From Octopus vulgaris (lineage: Eukaryota), in assembly GCA_951406725.2 (NCBI GenBank), contig OX597815.1:101990001-102054000 (forward strand): a stretch of 64,000 bases of DNA, written 5' to 3'. This document shows, piece by piece, positions 53,984 to 64,000 of this stretch. The position numbers and the translations under genes are program-made. The notes beneath the pieces were generated by a model, which had not been told where the DNA came from, made no database searches, and was given only the letters and a program-made list of their open reading frames with translations. How positions within the stretch are numbered: the stretch's first letter is position 1; every line of letters starts with the position of its first letter.

Positions 53984-54749
53984 CCCATATGCACTCATAT
54001 ATACACACACATATTTATATATTATTTAGTATTGTTATTTAACTGAACACCGCGCATCCATTTTCAAGTAAGTTTATCTTCACCTTTTTCATGTCGCTCT
54101 ACTCTACACTGTTTTCTTCCTCCATCCATCTCTAATTCCCTTTTTCTTGTCCTCCTCTTTCACTGTTTTCTATCTGTGTGTCTCTCTCTCCCCTTTTTCT
54201 CTTTTTCTCTCTCTCTCTCTCGTTGCTCGTCCATCTTTCTTTTCCTCACGTGACCATCTTTCTTTTCTTTCATGGATTTTTAAAGAACTGGACGTTATTT
54301 TTTCTCTCTCTTCTATCGTTTCTCTTTTCAAAGAAAATATTTATTTCCCCTTCGTTATGTTCTAAAGACCCTCCATGTTTGTTTTCGTTCGGTTACGTTG
54401 TATGTCTCCACTGTCCTGTTTTTGTTCCCAACTTTGACCCTCCAAAAATCCTAAATTATATTTTAGAATTTATGGGAGCAACTGTTTTGAAGACTCATAT
54501 TGTCGTTAAATGCTCGAAATGAGGTGTAGATAGACAGCCGACAACTGATAAAGGGTAGTTTCTCTGTGTTTACTTGTACTATAATAACGGTCAATCAGAC
54601 AGTAATTTTCCATTGTATAACGGTCATTTTTCATAGCATTTTTCCGATGGCTGGATAACTGAAGAGATGGCGGCGTGGATTTCCACCTCGGCATCCGAAA
54701 CTCGGAGTTTTATCATGGCTACCGAATAATTGTCACATATTACATTTTC

Positions 54750-54807
<58 letters not shown>

Positions 54808-55208
54808 GAGCAAAACGCTCCCCGTCCAATGGACGGTGCTGAGTTGTCAAACATTTACACCAAATTTTCTCAAAACAACTTGTCCGACCGTCCCATAAGG
54901 CTCCCCTTTGAGAAACACTGATTTAACCTAAATTTGAGACACCAGCAAAAGATGGATTTCGACTGATGTAGTTGCGCGTACAAATGCACGTTCACACGGC
55001 TTTATCGATCGAATTCTCGCCTGGAATCGATTTTTGTAATTTTTTCAAACCTCATACAGGCCTGATACCGTCAGTATCAACATATTAAATTTGAGCGCAA
55101 TCGGATGGAGGATGCCCGAGATCTTAGAAGACACACACACAGAGACCGACAGAACGGATTTTATATAATAGATATATATATGAATATATATATATATGAA
55201 TATATATA

Positions 55209-55290
<82 letters not shown>

Positions 55291-55332
55291 TAGATATATG
55301 AATATATATATATATGAATATATATATATGTT

Positions 55333-55381
<49 letters not shown>

Positions 55382-56256
55382 TGTATGTATGTATGTATAT
55401 ATATATATATATATATACCCATATGCACTCATATATACACACACATATTTATATATTATTTAGTATTGTTATTTAACTGAACACCGCGCATCCATTTTCA
55501 AGTAAGTTTATCTTCACCTTTTTCATGTCGCTCTACTCTACACTGTTTTCTTCCTCCATCCATCTCTAATTCCCGTTTTCTTCTCCTCCTCTTTCACTGT
55601 TTTCTATCTGTGTGTCTCTCTCTCCCCTTTTTCTCTTTTTCTCTCTCTCTCTCTCGTTGCTCGTCCATCTTTCTTTTCCTCACGTGACCATCTTTCTTTT
55701 CTTTCATGGATTTTTAAAGAACTGGACGTTATTTTTTCTCTCTCTTCTATCGTTTCTCTTTTCAAAGAAAATATTTATTTCCCCTTCGTTATGTTCTAAA
55801 GACCCTCCATGTTTGTTTTCGTTCGGTTACGTTGTATGTCTCCACTGTCCTGTTTTTGTTCCCAACTTTGACCCTCCAAAAATCCTAAATTATATTTTAG
55901 AATTTATGGGAGCAACTGTTTTGAAGACTCATATTGTCGTTAAATGCTCGAAATGAGGTGTAGATAGACAGCCGACAACTGATAAAGGGTAGTTTCTCTG
56001 TGTTTACTTGTACTATAATAACGGTCAATCAGACAGTAATTTCTCTTTGTATAACGGTCATTTTTCATAGCATTTTCCCGATGGCCGGATAACTGAAGAG
56101 ATGGCGGCGTGGATTTCCACCTCGGCATCTGAAACACGGAGTTTTATCATAATTGTCACATATTACATTTACAGATAAATTCCTATATTTACATAAAATC
56201 GAGGTCTCTTTCTTTCATTTGTTGTCTTACCATTTTTATCAATATATATATATATA

Positions 56257-57862
56257 CAGTTGCGGCCAAAATGTTCAGAACGGCATTGTTTTCGTCAGAA
56301 AAGTAGATATAATTTTTTATCAAAGTTGTTTTATGTTTTATAATTTTCACAGACAATAAATACGATATTATTTGTTATTGCCTGAGATTTTGGTGTAATT
56401 TGAGAGGATTAATACAAAAGTTATGGATGATTTAGTGATTTACTGCAAAACCCATGGCGGCCAAAACGATCAGAACGGTTGCTTTTACTCCATGTTTTAG
56501 TATATTTAATCGGCGAACTCTAATGTTTTGAATTTGTTTACGTGACGGTTCGTTTACTAAACATTAGTGTACTTTGTTAATATAATGCCACTTACTCTGT
56601 TACCAATTCGTCAGCAGATTATTAAGCTTCGAAGGAAGGATAATTTAAGTATTGGATCTATTGCAAAGATTGTTAACAAGTCAAAAAGTGTTGTACACGG
56701 TATTCTTAAGGTCTACGATGATTGTGGTTCGTGTTAAGCAAGAAAGTTTACAGGTAGGCCAAGAAAAACGACCTAGAGAGAAGATCGTGCTATGGTAAAG
56801 TTGGTTAAAAAGGACAGATTTAAAACTGCTGCTGCTGTTTCTCGGAAAATGAGCATTGTATTGAAGAAAACTTTATCTCGAAAAACTGTGTCTCGTTGTT
56901 TAGTTGAACATGACCTACAAGCAAGAGCACCTGCAGTGAGACCACTGATCAGCTCCAAGAATAAAAAGTGTCGTCTTACCTTTGCAACCGAACATGTGTT
57001 GTGGTCTCAAGAAAAATGGCAAACGGTGCATTTCAGTGATGAATCTAAGTTGATGCTATTTGGCTCAGATGAGAAAAGGTACGTTCGTAGAAAAGTAGGT
57101 GAAAAATTGTTGCCTAAATGCCTTAAGACTAGTGTTAAATTCGGTGGAGGAAGTGTCATGGTTTGGGGAATGATATCTGGAGATGGTGTGGGCCCTTTGG
57201 TGCGATTACATGGAAAGTTAAATGCAGGAGTTTATAAACAACTTGTAAAAGATCATGTCTTGCCTGTGCTGAGAAATTCAACTTAGCGACCACCCATATT
57301 CATGCAGGACAATGCCACATGTCACAAGGCTAAGGTGGTCATGAACTTCCTCAAGGCTGAAAAGGTTATTGTTATGGATTGGCCAGCTCAAAGCCCAGAT
57401 CTCAATCCTATTGAAAATGTTTGGAATATTCTAGGAGAACGTTCGAAAGCCAGAAATCCTAAAACAACTGAGCAATTATGGAATGCCTTTCAGGAAGAAT
57501 GGAATAAGATCACCCAGCAAGAAATTGAAAATTTAATTTCCTCATGCAGTCGAAGATGTCAGAGTGTGATTGAAGCTAAAGGGCTTCACACTAAATATTA
57601 AATAATTCCAGCATTCTCTGTCATTTTTGATTTTTTTCATTTTTTCATCCGTTCTGATCATTTTGGCCGCCATGGGTTTTGCAGTAAATCACTAAATCAT
57701 CCATAACTTTAGTATTATCCTCTCAAATTACACCAAAATATCAGACAATAACAATTAATATTGTATTTATTGTGAAAATTATAGAATATAAAACAACTTT
57801 GATAAAAACTTGTACCTACTTTTCTGACGAAAACAATGCCGTTCTGAACATTTTGGCCGCAA

Positions 57863-57865
<3 letters not shown>
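56257..57865 (+). mobile_element. Full-length Tc1 transposon (DD34E) with ~220-bp IR/DR-type ends, inserted in (TA)n
   Basis: TA-CAGTTGCGGCCAAAATGTTCAGAACG ... CGTTCTGAACATTTTGGCCGCAACTG-TA; inner repeats at ~56457-56478 and ~57649-57671. Confidence 0.95.
56585..57601 (+). pseudogene. Tc1 transposase, single frame with three premature stops
   Basis: GRPRK, FSDESK, QDNA and SPDLNPIE with 34 residues between the second D and E; stops near 56735, 56774 and at 57284. Confidence 0.93.
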
Positions 57866-57899
<34 letters not shown>

Positions 57900-57903
<4 letters not shown>

Positions 57904-58375
57904 TAAATGGGTAAAGGACGTCACCAACTGCGTAAACAACACGAAAAACGTAGACAAACGAGTTAAATACGTAAACAAATAGAGAAAAATGGAAAACAGA
58001 ACACGTGAACACAGAGGAACTACCCTTCATCAGTTGTCAGCTGTCTATCTGCTTCTCATTTCGAGCATTCAACGACAATATGAATCTTCAAAGACAGTTA
58101 CTCCCATGAATACTAAAATAGAATTTAGGATTTTTGGAGGGTCAAAGTTGGGAACAAAAACATTAGGAAAAGAGAGTTGGACGATGGTCACGTGTGAAAA
58201 GCGAGATAGGGTAGAAAGTGAGAGAGAGAGAGAAAGCACTGAAAGAGGGTGAGGAGGAAAAGGGAATTAGAGAAGGATGGAGGAAGAAAACAGTAAAAAG
58301 TAGAGTCGCATCGAAAAGGTGAAGATAAACTTACTTGAAAATGGATGCGTGGCGTTCAGCTAAATAATAATAAAC
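57900..58375 (-). mobile_element. Diverged copy of the subfamily B rearranged-hammerhead element, with its 3' tail
   Basis: Reverse complement aligns with 52640-53195. Confidence 0.8.
58017..58084 (-). ncRNA. Non-circularly permuted hammerhead ribozyme candidate, intact core (best copy)
   Basis: Minus: UUCA-UA^-UUGUCG-uu-GAAUGCUC-GAAA-UGAG-(15 nt)-UGACAA-CUGAUGA-A-GGGUA(g)UUC. Confidence 0.75.
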
Positions 58376-58473
58376 ATAGATGATATATAGATATGTATAT
58401 ATAGATATGTATATAGGTATGTATGTATGTATGTATGTATGTATGTATGTATGTATGTATCTATCTATCTATC

Positions 58474-58534
<61 letters not shown>

Positions 58535-58940
58535 GTATATGTGTGTGTGTATGTACATATATATATATACATATATATATACATATATATATACATATAT
58601 ATTTAAACATATATATATATACATACATATATACATACAAACACACGTATATCTATATAAATGAATTTTCTCCCTCTCCTTCAAGCGTTTTCTGTTTAAA
58701 TTCTTAACGAGTGCACCTGCGTGTGTGTATGTGTATGTACGTCTTCTATTTAAATTTATAATATCAATATACATGTCTATATGGAAATAAATCTGATCTT
58801 AATTCAGAATAATACTGCATTTATTTTCCTTTTTAACCCTCCATGTTTTTAGATTTTGTTTCAGTAACTGGGCAAGGCAACACAGCTAAATATACCCAGC
58901 ATTCTCCATGATGATAATAGTTAAGGGTATTTTTCAATAT

Positions 58941-59001
<61 letters not shown>

Positions 59002-59099
59002 CGCACTCACACATGCACACACACACACATCTTTCATGCTATGCTGTTTCAGTCATTAGACTTCGGCCATCCTGAATATTAAATTGATCAAGGAATCTC

Positions 59100-60230
59100 C
59101 TAGATTTAGTCAGAATTGCTAATACAGTGGTCTATCCAGCAAGCTGGAAAGTGTGTTTCAAAGCAGCGACCCGCTGGCTGCACTTCTTTTCAGCATTCTT
59201 CATATTCCAGCTATTGAAATAGAACACGCGTTATAACCTTGCAAACCATATCGAATTCTATGACATATTCTTTCACGTTTTGGCATGGATTTTTGTCATC
59301 AGTACATTGGATTTCATTAGCACTCCTAGGATTTTCAATCAATGTCTCAACAGTGATTGCAACGAAAGAAAATAACTCGTCTATCCGCTTTTACTTTTTG
59401 TCTTCATATTCATGCTCGAAGTGTATTCCTATAAAATTTCTAAACTTGTCCCTTTCTGCAAAAGTAAAAGGTAATTGGTCAGTGTTTATCATATTCCGCG
59501 TCGCCTGAGTGATTTTCTTACATTCAGCTAACCATGCTTTTGTTAGGGTTTGTTAGGATTTTAGTTGGTAATAATATTTTTGTTGAACATTCTTGCATTG
59601 ATTGCAGATGGGCATCTATGTCGTAAGTTTTTATGCAAATTTATTGTTGCTCTCTCACAGAACTTACATTATTCTGTGATTTTGCTGACAGTTCTTGTGA
59701 ATATAACTCCACACATTAGATGTGGCCGGCTTGACAGGATTTTTTCTTGTGGCTGTTGTTGCTACTTTCAGGTGTGGGGCGGATCTGGCTGTCACTTGAC
59801 ACCTTCATTTGGACCGGGAAAGATGGGGAGCCTTCATTTGTTTGATGGTTTAGGCTAAAAGATCGTGTGGTGAAACAGATTGAAAGGGCTGAAGACAAAC
59901 ACCTTCCTTTTTGGTCAACCCCACACCAACTTTTTCAAGTTTGGCTTGAAAAGCAATGTGATGCTGGAGAAGTAGGTGCTGCTTTCCAGAAAATTTATTG
60001 AAAGGTGGATGAAAATGGCAAGGGTGGTCCAAGTGAACGTGTTTACACTTAGTATGCGACTATAGACTGCGGGAGAAGGAAGGATAGGGAGAGGGCACTT
60101 GCCCTTGTGGTCAGAATTACAGTGGTTTTCTGAGATTTCCACGAGCAGTCCTTGAAGGTTTTCCCATTTTAGGGAATTATTTTTTGCTTGAAGATTTTCT
60201 TTGTTTCTGGATTTTAATGTTTGCGCATTT
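59100..60230 (-). mobile_element. Possible decayed 5' part of a LINE (Cys/His-rich ORF1 and start of APE)
   Basis: CHFHPP and SFVAITVETL-like blocks only; many stops. Confidence 0.35.
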
Positions 60231-61392
60231 TATGTAACACTTTATGTATCGTCCTATACCATATTCGATCTTTTTATGAAGCCTTAGTGATTGATAAAGA
60301 AACCTCTTCCGTCTTATCTGCCGCCGCCTCCTCCTCTTCCTCCTCTGGCTCCTTCACCACCAACTCCTCCTCTGGCTCCTCTGCCACCTCCTCCTCCTCC
60401 TCCTCCTCCTCCTCTTCCTCCATATATTAATGACGCCTTAATATATACATTTGTAACGATAAACGCACATACGACAAGACTACCATTCATCAGATGTCTG
60501 AAACTATGAAATTGATAGTAAGAATAAAACAGCAAGATCACCCGAGACTACAAATTCTGCATGTCTCAAGAGAAAATATCCTCTGAAATGAACATGGCAC
60601 AACATAATTAGTTTTAGTGTGGTATTTTCACTAAAATTGTTCTACAAATATTTATATAAATTATAAGTTTGGGGGTTCTTGCGGCATGATTCTAAAGAGT
60701 GACACACGGTATAAAGTGGCGTGTCTTTTGCTGCGGAATATTCTGTTTCGAGAACTGTATTTCTCTCTGGCCGTGTAAAACGACACGATCCCTCTGTTAC
60801 CAGTTGTTGCGTACTGTTGAATATAAAACTTATACTTTGGTAGTTGGTATCAAAAGGTTCTGCAGTTACTCAGACTGCTGATTATGAGATCCTGAGTTTT
60901 AATAAAGATTATGAAAAATGGTTGTTGATTTATCCCACAAATGTCGTAACCTCGTGTCCATGTGGGATGTGTATTCGGCGAATGATGTAGTAAGATATTA
61001 ATCAACAGTGCACCTACAATACAATTTCAATTCCCAGTTCAAATGAAGCGTCTTTAAAAAGATATATAATGATATATATTTTTAAAGACTCTCGATGAAG
61101 ATATGATTTTGTTACAATGTCATTAATCTAAGTAGAGACTTCAAACTTGAAATATTCAAAGCCACAGTCGAACAAACGAGTAAGTTTCTATATGGTCGCT
61201 TCACTTGATAGAAATAGATAAATTTTCCACGAACCACAGCTTACCATCTTCAGAAAATAGGATGATTCAGTGAAGAAAATATGTGAGGGTTACATATTCT
61301 ATGAATATGAACTGCTTCAAGATCTACCTAGAGTAAACAACAACAACAGCACCAACAGCAACAACAACAACAACAACACCACCACCACCACC

Positions 61393-61424
<32 letters not shown>

Positions 61425-62532
61425 CAGCGTTATCTATCCAGAATATCGAACCGAATTTTATACCAGCACAGTTTAGATGCTAAGTTTAACTGAATCACAA
61501 AATCCTGCGGCATAAAAAAATATTTTCAACGGATAAATATCTGTTTTCTCTGCACCAACTGAACAGAACTACAGTAATAAAACATAGCGGTTATTTGCAA
61601 AGTCATTTAATCATTGGCACCATTAACAAAATGTTGGAAAGAAGTATGTTTAATTACAAAGTAATCAAACTGATTACAGTGCTGTAATCAATGTTTAGAT
61701 CTTATTAAGATTTATAATTGCGAAAACAAACAGCCGTTGGAAATAACCACGATAAAGTTGTTGATAGGTAATAGTTGTTTAATAGGTGTTTTGCTATTCT
61801 TTAATTGAGTGTGAAAATTTAGATGTGTATCAGCTTAATCTAAGTAGCTTCGAATTTTGATGAAAGTTATATTTTCTTTTATAGAATAGATTTTGCTCGT
61901 TTTCTGTGATTCAGTTAATACATACCTAAGCTGGAGAATTATTGAGGTTTTCTCATGTTAATTTACATGCATTGATTGAGCCTAATTTATGTTCACTCAT
62001 TCCAAGCGCATTCTCGTGGATGTGATGTCACTCGTGTCAATCAGAAGTAACAAATGGGACATGCTGGAGGTCAGGGTAGCTTTTACAGCATGAAATGAAT
62101 TGAAAGTTTTGTTCATAAGAGAATTTGAATAGAGCTCTGCAAGCTAACGAAACTCCTCTTAGCCATAATGTGATGGTGATACTAAAGTGTACGACTGCCC
62201 GTCAGTTTTGGTGATGAGTATTTCACGTTTCGATTAACTGAATATCTATTCAAAGAGTAGACACTAAGTGGCTGAGTATTCCACAGACATATATCCTTAG
62301 CATATTCCTCAAACAGAATCAGCGTGGCACAATGTGTATACGTGTGTATGTTTATGTATTTATATAAGTATAAACAGATATATATTTATACAAACACATA
62401 CTATTGCGGTATCTATTTATATGATCTCAGATTTTGCGTGCTACAGGTACCATATAATCCAGCGCAACGTCTCTTATGTCCGAATAGTTAGCGATTAAAT
62501 CAGTCTTATCCCACAGTTTACTGGATGACGGA

Positions 62533-62853
62533 GGTTTGCCTTTCATCCTTTCAGGGTCGATTAAATAAGTACCAGTTACGCACTGGAGTCGATATAATCG
62601 ACTTAATCCGTTTGTCTGTCCTTGTTTGTCCTCTCTGTGTTTAGCTCCTTGTGGGTAGTAAAGAAATAGGTATTTCGTCTGCCGCTACGTTCTGAGTTCA
62701 AATTCCGCCGAGGTCGACTTTGCCTTTCATCCTTTCAGGGTCGATTAAATAAGTACCAGTTACGCACTGGAGTCGATATAATCGACTTAATCCGTTTGTC
62801 TGTCCTTGTTTGTCCTCTCTGTATTTAGCCCCTTGTGGGTAGTAAAGAAATAG
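62533..62853 (+). mobile_element. Tandem dimer of 5'-truncated family 1 SINEs
   Basis: Two near-identical copies joined at AAAGAAATAGGTATTTCG. Confidence 0.85.
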
Positions 62854-63729
62854 GTATATGAGCACCCTGCAAGATTAAAAATGAACTTGCTAAAGTAAGG
62901 AAGAGCTTCTCACCGAGAAGATGGTTACAATCTATATCTTGAAAGGAGACGGGTGCCGTCAAGTTATTTGTCTCTTGAAACGCTCATCGCAGGGCATCTA
63001 TAGCTTCACTACACAATGGGGTTTGGACGGGTGGTAATCATTTACATTTAAATAAACAGAGACGTTTAATATTTTACAGTCGTTATGGCAATCCTTTCAA
63101 ACATTTTCATTGGCTTTCCGATTCAAACACCAGTAATGAAATACAAGCTGGACATTTTTGTCTGCCGAAGTCGATTAATTTAACGACTCGGCAATAGGAT
63201 TGACTTTTATTTATAAAGTTGAAATATTACCAGAACGCCGCATTCATTTGACTATAGTGTGGCTATATGTTTATTTAAGTTATATTATACCAGCAACTGT
63301 TCACTCATGCACATTTACGAAGTAAAACTTACATTAATTCTAAATCACGTCTAGAGCTGTCTCTTGACAAAACTAAAATACTATTAATCTTTGGTTAATA
63401 TTATTTGTCCTCAATACATGAGTATTTCTAGTTAGCTTTCTAATGCTCCGAGAGCTAAGTTAACATCATTGACCTAACTAAATTACTTCTGCATTTTATT
63501 TTGTATTTTTGAAGACAAAACAGATTCGATCTTCCATCCACTAAGTCCTTTTCCATTTCACTTCTACGACTATAGTGTCGGTGTTCCAAGTGCATTCTCA
63601 TGTACCTTAGCAGGATTCCTTCTCATCCAATTGCCTCCTTTTTTCTATTTTTTTTCCAAATTAATCACAAAATGCTTTGCCATATATCCAACTTTGAACA
63701 TGGTTATCCGTAACTTAAAGCTATAAAGT

Positions 63730-63826
63730 GTTCCCTGATGATCTATTCTGGCTGAGCATCTAAATGCATTTGGAACACCTATTGCAGGGTTCTAAACAAC
63801 CATAATGGTGAAACCTGCGTAAGAAC
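63730..63826 (+). ncRNA. Degenerate type I hammerhead with long stem II
   Basis: GUUCc-CUGAUGA-U-CUAUU...AAUGG-U-GAAA-CcugcG-UA^-aGAAC. Confidence 0.5.
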
Positions 63827-64000
63827 TATAATATAAACTTGTGTTTCTTCTTTTTTCTCGTACATTTACTTCGTACTTCATAACTAGTCATACCACACAG
63901 TACAGAAGTTACGTAACAAGTGTAGACGAAGTAGGCTGGATTATGATAATTTACGTGGAGCTATATACATAACAGTAGTCGTTGTGTATCTATTTCTACA

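Larger units (their letters stand above)
51829..56170 (+). repeat. Tandem array: three units (1371, 1383, 1434 bp) plus a partial fourth
   Basis: Unit starts AATAACGGTCAATCAGAC at 51829, 53200, 54583 and 56017; units near-identical apart from microsatellite lengths and a 17-bp indel. Confidence 0.95.

Noticed and set aside
60495-60510. CTGATGA on the minus strand; similar isolated hits at ~38662, ~44675, ~10285, ~25960
   Set aside because: No compatible GAAA, UH and stems in either canonical or rearranged order.

Overview
AT-rich, microsatellite-saturated animal genomic DNA. The SINE families and (TA)n/(CA)n/(TATG)n/(TATC)n/(TAA)n load suggest an octopus or other coleoid cephalopod (inference). 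I recognise no intact host protein-coding gene; nearly all ORF-track entries are microsatellite translations or decayed transposons. Mobile elements: a Tc1 (DD34E, IR/DR ends), decayed mariner-like and hAT elements, non-autonomous Helitrons, three Dong/R4-type RLE LINE pieces in a (TAA)n tract, CR1/L2-group LINE remnants, many tRNA-derived SINEs, and Penelope-like (GIY-YIG) remnants. The window is dense in hammerhead-ribozyme (HHR) motifs. About a dozen are type I motifs, some in inverted pairs. The main finding is five copies, from two diverged subfamilies, of an HHR whose three strands are in a non-circularly permuted (pseudoknotted) order: stem III-UH-stem I, then stem II-GAAA-stem III, then stem I-CUGANGA-stem II, with compensatory changes between subfamilies. 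Three of these copies lie in a ~1.4 kb tandem array whose units also carry a type I HHR. All folds were read by eye and repeat boundaries are approximate.
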